Assembly: GCA_045863235.1 (NCBI GenBank)
Contig: BTUM01000078.1
Coordinates: 1 to 37,902, forward strand
DNA: 37,902 nt
DNA from: Candidatus Xenobia bacterium
GTDB taxonomy: Bacteria > Vulcanimicrobiota > Xenobia > Xenobiales > QWHO01
Reading direction: 5' to 3'
Part shown: positions 17,161-25,995 of the stretch, piece after piece
How the letters are laid out: every line of letters begins with the position of its first letter
How positions within the stretch are numbered: position 1 is the stretch's first letter
Program-made: the position numbers and the translations under genes
The notes under the pieces: model-generated
What the model was told of the DNA's origin: nothing
The model's input: only the letters and a program-made list of their open reading frames with translations
The model's database searches: none

Positions 17161-19284
17161 ATGGGCGAATATCTGCTCCAGGCCCGGGGTGATCGAGGAG
17201 CGTATGAGCGCTACCTCGAGGGCATGGACGCCTCCATGAAGCAGAAGGTCGCCCTGACCGCAGCCCATCTGCTGACGCGAGGACGGGTGGCCGATATGGG
17301 GATGGGCTCTGGCACCGGTAGCGAGGCTCTGGCCTCGCTCTATCCGGCCCTGGACGTGGTGGGCGTGGATGTCAGTCCCGAGATGGTCGAGCTGGCCAGA
17401 GCCCGTTACCGCCTTCCCAACTTGAGTTTCCTCCTCGGGGACATCGCCCGGCCCTGCTTTGAGGCCGAGAGCCTGGACGCCATCTTCGACTCCTCGGTAC
17501 TGCACCACGTCACCACCTTCAACGGCTACGACTACGCTGCCGCCGAGCGGGCCCTGAGAGTGCAAACAGAGCAGCTGCGCTGCAACGGAACCCTGATCGT
17601 GCGAGACTTCGTGGCCCTGCCTCCAGGGGAGGCTCTGCTTGACCTGCCTGAGCCCACCGCCGAGCTCTTGCTCCGCTTCTCCTGCGAATTTCGCAAACTT
17701 TCCCCCAACCCGGGCTTCCCCCTTCAAGAAGAAGACGCTCCCCGCCCCGGCTGGAGACGCTTTCGCCTGGAACGGCGCCTGGCCCACGAGTTCGTGCTGC
17801 GCAAGGACTACCTGGAGGACTGGGATACCGAGGTGCTGGAGGAATACTGCTACTTCACCCAGACCGAGTTCGAGCAGGTCTTTGCCCGACTGGGCCTGCG
17901 GGTGCTGGCCTCCCACCCCGTGGTCAACCCCTGGATCGTGCGCCATCGTTTTGACGGCAAGTTCGAGCTGCGCGACCCGGAAGGCACCTTACAGGACGAC
18001 CCGCCCACCAACTACGTGATCGTGGGCGAGAAGGTGGCTTGCGACCAGGGCGTGGCCTGGCGCGAGCAGGAGAGCTCCCCTCCGGTGGGCTTTCTTTTCC
18101 AGGAGAGCTACCGCGACGCTCGCACGGGCAAACTGCGCGATCTGGTGAGGCGCCCCAACCTGACAGTGGACGTGGTGCCCTGGTTCGAGCTCGAGGACGA
18201 GCTCTTCGTGGTGGCCCGCAAGAGCTATCCGCGGCCCATTCTGGCCTGCCAGCGCCGGGGCAGCCCGCTGGTGGACGGGGCCACCCCGCTGGCCTACGTT
18301 ACCGAGCCTATCGCCCTGGTGGCGCGCGACCGCCCCGTGGCCCAGACCGTGGACGAGTCGCTGGAGGAGCTGGCCGGCATCCCCTCGGCCAGCATCCGGG
18401 CCTTTGGAGCCGGCAGCCACTACCTGCCTTCCCCGGGCGGGGTGCAAGAAGAGGTGCGCTCGCTCTTGATCGAGGTGGAGCCGCAGCTGGTACAACTCAC
18501 CCCGAGCCACGGGCGGGGCCGCATCCGGGCCATCGAGGCCGGCCAGTTGCTGCGGGCGGCCCAGGTAGGAGGGCTGAGCGACGCCCGCCTGGAGCTGAAC
18601 GTGCAGACCCTGATGCGGCGACTGGGGCGCTCGCCCGGGGCCTGGATCGGCGAAAGCCTGGTCGTGGCCGAGGGAGGACCGGTGCGGGCCACCAGCTGGC
18701 AAGAGCTGAGTCAGCGGGGACGCCGCCGGGTGTTCCAGAAGGCAGCTGAGCCAGCCGGCTACCTGGAGCTGGCCTGCAGCCGCTTTCAGGAGCTGCGCGC
18801 CGACGGCAGCGTGGCCCAGACGCTGCAGCTCGAGTTCGTGCTGCCTCGCCAGCACAGCCTGAGCACCGTTTCCACCGTGCCTCTACAGCGCTTTCAAGAC
18901 CAGGTTTACGTGGGCCTGGATGACGACGACCTGCCGGCCGCCCAGGCCTTCACCGGCCACAGCCAGCTGGCGCTCAACCCGGCTTTCCGGCTCCCGCGCG
19001 AGGTTGGCGGGAGGCGGGCCCTGGAAGCGTTCATCCGCCAGAAGCTGCAAGAGCAGTATGGCCTGGAGACCGGCGAGCTCTTCGAGCTGGGCGGCCGCTA
19101 TCACCCCAGCCCGGGCCTGACCCCGGAGGTGGTCTATCCTTTCGCCGTCCAGGCCCGTAACGCCGGAAACCTGCACTGGATCTTGCTCGATGACCTGTTC
19201 GCCAACCTGGAGTCGGTCCTGGACGGCCACCTGCGCATCGCCACGGGGCGCCTCTGGCTGGCCCTGGGCCGGAAAGGAGCCTGA
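17161..19284 (+). CDS. Class I SAM-dependent methyltransferase fused to two degenerate Nudix-like domains
   Basis: VADMGMGSG, GVDVS, GDI and SSVLHH. Later ESLEELAG..Y.PSPGG..E and QKLQEQYG..YHPSPG.TPE.VYPF segments. Confidence 0.78.
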   Translation: MGEYLLQARGDRGAYERYLEGMDASMKQKVALTAAHLLTRGRVADMGMGSGTGSEALASLYPALDVVGVDVSPEMVELARARYRLPNLSFLLGDIARPCFEAESLDAIFDSSVLHHVTTFNGYDYAAAERALRVQTEQLRCNGTLIVRDFVALPPGEALLDLPEPTAELLLRFSCEFRKLSPNPGFPLQEEDAPRPGWRRFRLERRLAHEFVLRKDYLEDWDTEVLEEYCYFTQTEFEQVFARLGLRVLASHPVVNPWIVRHRFDGKFELRDPEGTLQDDPPTNYVIVGEKVACDQGVAWREQESSPPVGFLFQESYRDARTGKLRDLVRRPNLTVDVVPWFELEDELFVVARKSYPRPILACQRRGSPLVDGATPLAYVTEPIALVARDRPVAQTVDESLEELAGIPSASIRAFGAGSHYLPSPGGVQEEVRSLLIEVEPQLVQLTPSHGRGRIRAIEAGQLLRAAQVGGLSDARLELNVQTLMRRLGRSPGAWIGESLVVAEGGPVRATSWQELSQRGRRRVFQKAAEPAGYLELACSRFQELRADGSVAQTLQLEFVLPRQHSLSTVSTVPLQRFQDQVYVGLDDDDLPAAQAFTGHSQLALNPAFRLPREVGGRRALEAFIRQKLQEQYGLETGELFELGGRYHPSPGLTPEVVYPFAVQARNAGNLHWILLDDLFANLESVLDGHLRIATGRLWLALGRKGA

Positions 19285-19286
19285 CC

Positions 19287-20567
19287 GTGGAGGAGCTGGA
19301 GCGGACAACGATCGCCACCATCAGCCGGAGGCTGATCCCCTATCTCTTCGTGCTCTACGTGGTCGCCTATCTCGATCGCGTCAACGTGGGCTTTGCCCAG
19401 CTGCAGATGAAGGACGACCTGGGCTTCTCCGACGAGGTCTTTGGTCTGGGGGCGGGCATCTTCTTTTTTGGCTACATGCTCTTTCAGGTGCCCAGCAACC
19501 TGGTGCTGGAACGGATCGGAGCGCGGAAACTGATCGCCAGCATCATGGTGATCTGGGGCACGGTCTCGGTGGGCATGATGTTCATGCGCACGGTGGAGCA
19601 GTTCTACATCCTGCGTTTTTTGCTCGGAGCGGCCGAGGCGGGCTTTTTCCCCGGCATCATCCTCTACCTCACCTACTGGTTCCCCGCTCGCCACCGGGCC
19701 CGGGCGGTCTCGCTCTTCATGCTGGCGGTTCCGGTTTCGGGCGTGGTGGGCAGCCCCATCTCGGGCGAGATCCTCGAGCTGGAGGGCCACCACGGGCTGG
19801 CCGGCTGGCACTGGCTCTTCCTGCTCGAGGGTCTGCCGGCCGTCATCTTAGGCTTTTTGTCCCTGAAGTACCTGACCGACCTTCCCGAGCACGCCTCCTG
19901 GCTCAGCCAGGAGCAAAAAGACTGGCTGCTGCAGCGACTCTCAGACGAGCAGCAGGTGCAGGGCAGAGAAAAGGCCCCCTCGCCCACGGCCACCTTCACC
20001 AGCCTGCCGGTCTGGCTGCTGAGCCTGATCTACTTCTGCCTGGCCTGCTCGTTCTACGGAATGTCCTTCTGGTCGCCCCAGATCGTCAAGGCCCTGCTCG
20101 ACCCGTCTGCCTCCGACGCCCTGGTGGGCTGGCTTAACGCCATCCCCTACGTGGGCGGGGCGGTGGGGATGCTGCTGGTGGGGCGAAGCTCGGACCGGCA
20201 CGGCGAGCGGCGGCTGCACGTGGTCGTGCCCACCCTGCTGGCGGCGCTGGGCCTCGTGCTCTCGGGCCTGACTTCCTCCAATCCCACCCTCTCCCTGGGA
20301 GCCTTCACCCTGGCCGCTCTGGGCCTGTGGGGCACGGTGGGGCCTTTCTGGGCCCACGCCACAGCGGTGGTACGGGGGACCGGAGCGGCCGCCGGCATCG
20401 CCCTCACCAACTCGCTGGGGAACATGGGAGGCTTTGCGGGCTCGTATCTGGTGGCCTGGGCCAAGTCGGTCACCACCGGCTTTGCGGGCGGCCTTTACCT
20501 GCTGGCCGCCATCCTGGTGGTGGGAGCGGTCTTGATGCTGCTGCCGGTCTTGAAGCTCAAGGAGTGA
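19287..20567 (+). CDS. MFS transporter, anion:cation symporter (tartrate/phthalate permease-like)
   Basis: YLDRVNVGFA, GIFFFGYMLFQVPSN, RFLLGAAEAGFFPG, WLFLLEGLPA; about 12 TM helices. Confidence 0.92.
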   Translation: MEELERTTIATISRRLIPYLFVLYVVAYLDRVNVGFAQLQMKDDLGFSDEVFGLGAGIFFFGYMLFQVPSNLVLERIGARKLIASIMVIWGTVSVGMMFMRTVEQFYILRFLLGAAEAGFFPGIILYLTYWFPARHRARAVSLFMLAVPVSGVVGSPISGEILELEGHHGLAGWHWLFLLEGLPAVILGFLSLKYLTDLPEHASWLSQEQKDWLLQRLSDEQQVQGREKAPSPTATFTSLPVWLLSLIYFCLACSFYGMSFWSPQIVKALLDPSASDALVGWLNAIPYVGGAVGMLLVGRSSDRHGERRLHVVVPTLLAALGLVLSGLTSSNPTLSLGAFTLAALGLWGTVGPFWAHATAVVRGTGAAAGIALTNSLGNMGGFAGSYLVAWAKSVTTGFAGGLYLLAAILVVGAVLMLLPVLKLKE

Positions 20568-21003
20568 CCTCTTTTCCCTTCTGATCGTAGCGCTGGTAGG
20601 AGCGCTCCTTGGTGAGCTTGTTCACTTTGAGACTCTGGCGCTTGATGCCGCTCTCCCAGTAACTGGTGTAAGCGATGGTGCGATCGTCGTAGTTGAGCAC
20701 CTCGCGGGTCTTTCCGTTGCCATACCAGCGCTCGTAATAGATGGCCTTGCTGGGCTTTTTCTGGAACTTGATGGCGTAGCCGCCGGCCGGGAAGAGCTTG
20801 CTGTAAGAGACGGTGCCGTCAGGTTGGAGCTCGTACTTCTCCTGGGTCTGACCCGAGGGCCAGCGCGTCTCGAAGGGTTTCTTGCCAAGGCTGGTGTACT
20901 CGCGCACGATGCCCTCGATGTAGTTGCGCAGCTGTTCGGCTTCGCCAGCCCGAGCGCTGGCGGCCAGGCACGCAATGAGGACCAGGATGATCACGCGCTT
21001 CAT
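20557..21003 (-). CDS. Secreted protein with MORN-variant-like repeats
   Basis: Signal peptide MKRVIILVLIACLAASARA. Repeated W/YxSG, WYGNG, YWESG and YDQKG units. Confidence 0.7.
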   Translation of the reverse strand: MKRVIILVLIACLAASARAGEAEQLRNYIEGIVREYTSLGKKPFETRWPSGQTQEKYELQPDGTVSYSKLFPAGGYAIKFQKKPSKAIYYERWYGNGKTREVLNYDDRTIAYTSYWESGIKRQSLKVNKLTKERSYQRYDQKGKEVTP

Positions 21004-21067
21004 TGCCCGGCCGTTTCGCGCCCTGACGGAAGGTGCCCTCCCGGCCGCTTGCGAACTGCCCGGCGCT

Positions 21068-22795
21068 ATGCCGACCATCCCGAAAATTCGCTTCGACAAG
21101 TACTACCGCTACGATGAGCTGACCGCGCTGCTCCAAGAGCTGGGCCAGGCCTATCCCGAGCTGATCGAGCTCGGAAGCCTGGGCAAGAGCTTCGAAGGAC
21201 GAGATATCCCGGTGGTCACCGTCACCTGCAAGAGCACCGGCCCGGCCTCCGAGAAGCCCGCTCTCTGGGTGGACGGCAACATCCACGCCACCGAGGTCTC
21301 GGCCAGCGCTGCCTGCCTGCACCTGATCCACACCCTGGTCAGTCGCTACGGCAGCGATTCCAAGGTTACCACCATCCTCGACAGTCGGGCCTTCTACATC
21401 GCCCCCCGCATCAATCCGGACGGGGCCGAGGCTGCCCTGTCGGAACGGCCCAAGTACCTGCGTTCCTCAGTTCGCCCCCACCCCTACGACGAGGACCCGG
21501 TGGAGGGGCTGATCCGCGAGGACGTGGACGGGGACGGCAAGATGCTCAGCATGCGCATTCCTGACCCCAACGGCCCCTGGAAAGTCAGCCCGGACGACCC
21601 CCGGTTGATGATCCGGCGCAACCCCGAGGACCTGGAGGGGGAGTTCTACCGAGTCCTGCCCGAGGGACGGATGGTGGAAGAGTGGGACGGCATCACGCTC
21701 AAGGTCAACGCCTACAAGGAAGGGCTCGATCTCAACCGCAACTTCCCCGCCTCCTGGCGCACCGAGGACGAGCAGAAGGGGGCCGGGCCCTATCCCACCA
21801 GCGAGCCCGAGGTGCGGGCCATGGTGAGCTTCATCACCAGCCACAACAACATCTGTCACGCGGTCACCTTCCACACTTACTCCGGGGTGTTGCTGCGGCC
21901 CTTCTCAGCCCAACCGGACGAGAACTTCCCGGCCGAGGACCTGTGGACCTATCGCTACATCGGCGACCGCGGCACCGAGATGACCGGCTATCCGCACCTG
22001 TCGGTCTACCACGACTTCCGCTACCACCCCAAGCAGGTCATCACCGGCGTCTTCGACGACTGGATGTACGATCACCAGGGCGTTTTCTCGTGGACCGTCG
22101 AGATCTGGTCGCCCCACCGCCGGGCCGGCATCACCAAGGGCTTCGACAAGGAGACCAAGAGCGGAGCCTTCAACTTCATCGACTGGTGGCGCGAGCACCC
22201 GGTGGAGGACGACCTGAAACTGTTGCGCTGGGCCGACGAGGCCCTGCGCGGAGAGGGCTACTTCAACTGGCGCCCCTTCCACCACCCTGACTTCGGCAAC
22301 GTCGAGCTGGGCGGTTGGGACCTGATGTTCGGTATCCGCAACCCGCCCTCGTGGCTGCTCGAGGAGGAGATCGCGCCCCTGAGCGAGTGGGTCATCTGGC
22401 AGGCGCTGACCACGCCACGACTGGAGCTTCTGCAAGAGGAGATCTCCTCGCTGGGCGAGCGCTGTTTCAAGCTGCGCATCGTGGCCGCCAACACCGGCTG
22501 GCTACCCACCTACGTCACCAAGCGCGCCCACCAACGCAAGACGGCCCGCGACCTGGTGGCCGAGATCGAGCTTCCCGAGGGGGCCCGCCTGGTCTCGGGC
22601 AAGCGCCGCGAGGAGCTCGGTCAGCTCGAGGGCAAAGCCTACAAAGACACAACCTGCATCAATTACCAGGCCGATCCCACCGACGACCGGGTGAAGGTCG
22701 AGTTCGTGGTGGAGGCCACCCCGGGCACGACCGTCGAGGTGCGGCTCCGCCATCCGCGGGCGGGGGTCTTGAAGCGGAGCTACGTGCTCAAGTAG
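21068..22795 (+). CDS. M14 zinc carboxypeptidase family protein
   Basis: GNIHATE (HxxE), INPDG, DLNRNF, SEPE, FHTYSG and TVEIW motifs. Confidence 0.9.
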   Translation: MPTIPKIRFDKYYRYDELTALLQELGQAYPELIELGSLGKSFEGRDIPVVTVTCKSTGPASEKPALWVDGNIHATEVSASAACLHLIHTLVSRYGSDSKVTTILDSRAFYIAPRINPDGAEAALSERPKYLRSSVRPHPYDEDPVEGLIREDVDGDGKMLSMRIPDPNGPWKVSPDDPRLMIRRNPEDLEGEFYRVLPEGRMVEEWDGITLKVNAYKEGLDLNRNFPASWRTEDEQKGAGPYPTSEPEVRAMVSFITSHNNICHAVTFHTYSGVLLRPFSAQPDENFPAEDLWTYRYIGDRGTEMTGYPHLSVYHDFRYHPKQVITGVFDDWMYDHQGVFSWTVEIWSPHRRAGITKGFDKETKSGAFNFIDWWREHPVEDDLKLLRWADEALRGEGYFNWRPFHHPDFGNVELGGWDLMFGIRNPPSWLLEEEIAPLSEWVIWQALTTPRLELLQEEISSLGERCFKLRIVAANTGWLPTYVTKRAHQRKTARDLVAEIELPEGARLVSGKRREELGQLEGKAYKDTTCINYQADPTDDRVKVEFVVEATPGTTVEVRLRHPRAGVLKRSYVLK

Positions 22796-23089
22796 AAGGT
22801 CCGCAGCCAACACAACGAGGTGACCTTCTGCCCTCGCTGGCCTGGTCCGCTACCGCTCAACCTTTGCCGGCGGCGAACAAACCGCGCTGGTCGCGGTGCA
22901 GCCTCAAGTATACAGTAATCAGGTCGCTGAAGACGAGGCCTTCCGGGAGATGGAGGGCCGAACAGCGCCTCGTCGCCCTGAGCCAGATCATTGCCTCGTT
23001 CGGCTCTCGATGGTAAATTGAGCGGGTGTAAAACATCACTCCTACAACACTACCGAGGGAAGCAATTTCCCTCGAAGGGGGGCAGGGAG

Positions 23090-25159
23090 ATGAAGCTTCA
23101 TCGAGTTTGGCAGATTGTTGCGATTTTGGTCCTGCTTGCTGCGGTGGGATGCTCCGGAGGAGCCCAGAGCACGCAGAGCACGGGAGCCGTGCCACAGGAT
23201 GGCTCTGAAGCCCCGAGCCTGACCACACCAGGCGGGCTTTCGGGTCGAGTGACGGACCAATCCGGTCTTCCCGCCGGGGGAGTGACGATTTCCCTCTTTG
23301 AGGCCAATGTTCGCGCTCGCAGCCTGGACGCGGCTATTCAGGGCAAACAGGTTGCGTCCTCTCAGAGTGACGATCAGGGTCAGTTCAAATTCGATGGCCT
23401 GGCAGTCGGCGACTACAACCTCATCGCCGAGCAGTCGACCGATTCCAAAGCCTCAGCCGCCGTTACGGTCACCGGAGAGGCGCAGGACCTGGGCACCCTC
23501 GGGCTCGAGCCCACTGCCACGGTGACCGGACGGGTGATCGTGGTGGGTCGCACGGATGCGAGCGGAATCACAGTGTTCATCCTTGGCTCGAACCTCGAGA
23601 CCCAGACAGACGCGAGCGGAAGGTACACCCTGACAGGCGTTCCGAGCGGAAGCTTCCGGATGTTCGCCTCCAGCGACATCTTCGCCAGCCTGTCGGTGGT
23701 CGAGATCCAGCCGGGGCCGGGCCAGGCTGTCGTCGCTCCCGACCTGATTCTGGTGCCAATCGCTGGCAACTTCACCGGTGTGGTCGCGTTCTCGGTTAAG
23801 GACTCGGAGACCACCAGCCCCCTGGTGGGCGCCACAGTGCGATTGGGCGAAGAGACTCGCAACACCGATTCGACCGGCCTGGCGTTGTTCGATGCCACGG
23901 CGGTGGGACGGCAGCAGTTTCAGGTGACGATGTCGGGCTATCAGGACGTTTCGGATGCGGTAGACATCGTCGGTGGCGGACAGGTCGTACGGGAAGTGTC
24001 CATGCTGCCGGCGGCGCTGATGCCTACCGACGTCAAAGCTGAGCCGACCGGAAACAACCAGGTGACGATTACCTGGAGCCTGACCTCGGATCCGGAGGCC
24101 ACCTATGATGTCTTGCGCAGCGAGACCGAGGGGACCGGCTTTCAGAAAATCAACGCCGGCCCACTGACGACGGCGAAATTCGACGACCAGAACCTCGAGA
24201 GCCTGAGGAGCTACTTCTACCAGGTCCGCTCGGTGAAAGGCGCGGCGGTGAGCCGGGTTTCGGAAACCGTTCAAGCCACCGCCTTTCCCTTCATTTACCA
24301 GAGAATACTGCCACCTCCCGTGGTAGACTTCGCGATAGGAAATCAATCTCAACTTCTGCTTTGCAGAGATCAAGCGCTGGAAGAGCGGCTCGAGGATCTG
24401 AGCTTGCTTCGACAGTATCCCGTGAGCAACCCAACGGGAGTTGCCCAGAACCCTGCGACGGGTGAAGTCTTTGTGTCACGTTCGGCGGAGGTCCTCGTTT
24501 TTGCTTCGAGCGGCACCTTGTTGCGTCTGTGGAACGTCCCGACCAGGCCGGGCGGGCCACACAGTCTCGACCTGACGCTCGATCCCAGTGGCAACGTCTG
24601 GGTCAGGGTGATTGGGTCGGACGACCTTGACTCGCAGTTCTCGGAAGTCATGAAGTTCGACGCGAACGGCAACTTGTTGCTGACTCTGACGGGGCACAGC
24701 TCTCGAGTGACCGATCTCGACACCGACTCACATGGTCGTGTCTACCTGGCCGACTCGGGCTCGCGACTCGTTCGCCGATACTCTTCGAGCGGGGCTCCCG
24801 AGATCACCTGGGGCGGGTCCGGGACCGGCCCGGGCGAGTTTGGGGATCCCGCCTCCGCCCCTGGCGTGAACGTCGGTGATAGGGAGCGTCTGATACTAAC
24901 GGTTGGGCCGGACGACAGCATCTTCGTGTGGTCAGGCACTGACTGCAGAATCCAGAAGTTTACCCCCGATGGCATTTTCCGCTGCCAGTTCGGGAGCCGC
25001 GATGAAAGTGGCGCGGATTTCAATGTCGGGCAGTTCTTCGTCCTGGGGGAACTTGACACGGATGGAAGCGGCAATCTCTACGTCCTTCAATCTGGTGGCG
25101 TTACCCCAGGCTATGTGGGGGTCGGTCAGCTCCTCGACAAGTTCGGTCCGCTCCCCTGA
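23090..25159 (+). CDS. Large lipoprotein: carboxypeptidase-regulatory-like (Cna-B) repeats, FN3 and NHL-repeat propeller
   Basis: Lipobox AAVGC. GRVTD/TDASGRY repeats; FN3 (VTITW..YDVLRS..YFYQV); NHL repeats (DSHGRVYLADS, RIQKFTPDG). Confidence 0.82.
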   Translation: MKLHRVWQIVAILVLLAAVGCSGGAQSTQSTGAVPQDGSEAPSLTTPGGLSGRVTDQSGLPAGGVTISLFEANVRARSLDAAIQGKQVASSQSDDQGQFKFDGLAVGDYNLIAEQSTDSKASAAVTVTGEAQDLGTLGLEPTATVTGRVIVVGRTDASGITVFILGSNLETQTDASGRYTLTGVPSGSFRMFASSDIFASLSVVEIQPGPGQAVVAPDLILVPIAGNFTGVVAFSVKDSETTSPLVGATVRLGEETRNTDSTGLALFDATAVGRQQFQVTMSGYQDVSDAVDIVGGGQVVREVSMLPAALMPTDVKAEPTGNNQVTITWSLTSDPEATYDVLRSETEGTGFQKINAGPLTTAKFDDQNLESLRSYFYQVRSVKGAAVSRVSETVQATAFPFIYQRILPPPVVDFAIGNQSQLLLCRDQALEERLEDLSLLRQYPVSNPTGVAQNPATGEVFVSRSAEVLVFASSGTLLRLWNVPTRPGGPHSLDLTLDPSGNVWVRVIGSDDLDSQFSEVMKFDANGNLLLTLTGHSSRVTDLDTDSHGRVYLADSGSRLVRRYSSSGAPEITWGGSGTGPGEFGDPASAPGVNVGDRERLILTVGPDDSIFVWSGTDCRIQKFTPDGIFRCQFGSRDESGADFNVGQFFVLGELDTDGSGNLYVLQSGGVTPGYVGVGQLLDKFGPLP

Positions 25160-25302
25160 GGAGACGGGCAAGCTTCCAGGCCTGAGGGCACAAGCAGATC
25201 GGCTCCCGTCGCAGACCTGCGAGCCTGGCGGGTCGACTCAAACCTGGCCAGGCGTGTCAGCCAGGAGCAGGGAGCCGGTCAAGCCGCGAGAATTTCTACA
25301 CA

Positions 25303-25647
25303 ATGAAGCGCATTTTCCTGATCCTGGTCGTTCTGACGGCCGTCCTGCCGGCGCTGGCCGAGGCGGCCCGGGGCCCTCGCGTCACGCTCAACTACAATCG
25401 TGCCGACCTGCCTTACGTCGTCAAGCAACTGGGCAAGCGCATGGGGTGCAACGTCTACGTCGGTCCCGAGGTGGCCGGTCAGGTCACGCTGAGCGTCAAG
25501 GACACGCCCGCCGAGGGGGTGCTGAAGCTGGTGCTGGATCTGCAGCCGAAGCGCTTTGACTATAAGCTGGTGGGCAACACCCTGGTGGTGGCCTCTCCCG
25601 AGCGGCTGGGCTCGATCCCGACCGACCTGCTGGGGCCCCGGCGCTAG
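25303..25647 (+). CDS. Stand-alone secretin/TonB short N-terminal (STN/N0-like) domain protein
   Basis: Signal peptide; VTLNY..ADL..V...L....G.N..V.P.V.G.VTL.VKD.P...VL pattern. Confidence 0.7.
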   Translation: MKRIFLILVVLTAVLPALAEAARGPRVTLNYNRADLPYVVKQLGKRMGCNVYVGPEVAGQVTLSVKDTPAEGVLKLVLDLQPKRFDYKLVGNTLVVASPERLGSIPTDLLGPRR

Positions 25648-25714
25648 TCTCCACCGGAGTCATCGGCAGTCCAGGGGCCCGTCAGGCGTGCGGACCTGGA
25701 AGGGCCAGGGCCAT

Positions 25715-25752
25715 AAAAGCATAGTAGGCAGCGCCTACAAGACGCTGCCTAC
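25715..25752 (-). terminator. Intrinsic terminator of the candidate small RNA
   Basis: GTAGGCAGCGTC-TTGTA-GGCGCTGCCTAC (12-bp stem with one G-U on this strand), then TATGCTTTT. Confidence 0.7.
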
Positions 25753-25776
25753 CGTTCGGAGTCTTCCCGCGTATCG

Positions 25777-25824
25777 CTACGCGGCCACCCCTCCGCGGGT
25801 GGGGCGATTACTTGCGTAAATCAA
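25777..25824 (-). CDS. Putative 15-aa small peptide MIYASNRPTRGGVAA
   Basis: TTG start 5 nt after GGAGG; TAG stop at 25779-25777 inside a hairpin. Confidence 0.45.
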   Translation of the reverse strand: MIYASNRPTRGGVAA

Positions 25825-25939
25825 ACCCACCTCCTTTCCCACCGCGATCATCGCGGCATGCGGGCTCCAGGTCGGCCACCCGTTGCCCGTTTCGCAGTCG
25901 TGGCCGCGACTGCGAGAAGCTCAAACCTTTGGAGTCTCA

Positions 25940-25968
25940 ACCATACCAGGGAAAACAGCCCAAGTCAA
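25940..25968 (-). promoter_or_regulatory. Sigma70-type promoter of the candidate small RNA
   Basis: TTGACT (25968-25963), 17 bp, then extended TG-n-TATGGT (25945-25940). Confidence 0.75.
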
Positions 25969-25995
25969 GTAGGATATTCAAGCCATGCCGTGCCA

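Larger units (their letters stand above)
25715..25935 (-). ncRNA. Candidate ~220-nt structured small RNA (or sORF mRNA) with extended Shine-Dalgarno
   Basis: Bounded by a consensus-like promoter and a terminator. Multiple hairpins with GCAA and GCGA GNRA loops on the minus strand. GAAAGGAGGTG at 25838-25828. Confidence 0.7.

Noticed and set aside
22857..23228. 123-aa minus-strand ORF
   Set aside because: Overlaps the lipoprotein start; no motif or SD.
25724..25752. GTAG-family REP sequence
   Set aside because: Single copy in the window. It is better explained as the minus-strand terminator (G-U pair and following U-tract).
25828..25838. 16S rRNA 3' fragment (CACCTCCTTTC)
   Set aside because: The flanks do not resemble 16S helix 45; it is the complement of an SD on the other strand.
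25650..25935. tmRNA (ssrA) call for the candidate RNA
   Set aside because: The tag-like ..AA-stop is present, but there is no tRNA-like 5' GGGG..TTCGA end or 3' TTCGA..CTCCACCA end, and the unit is too short.
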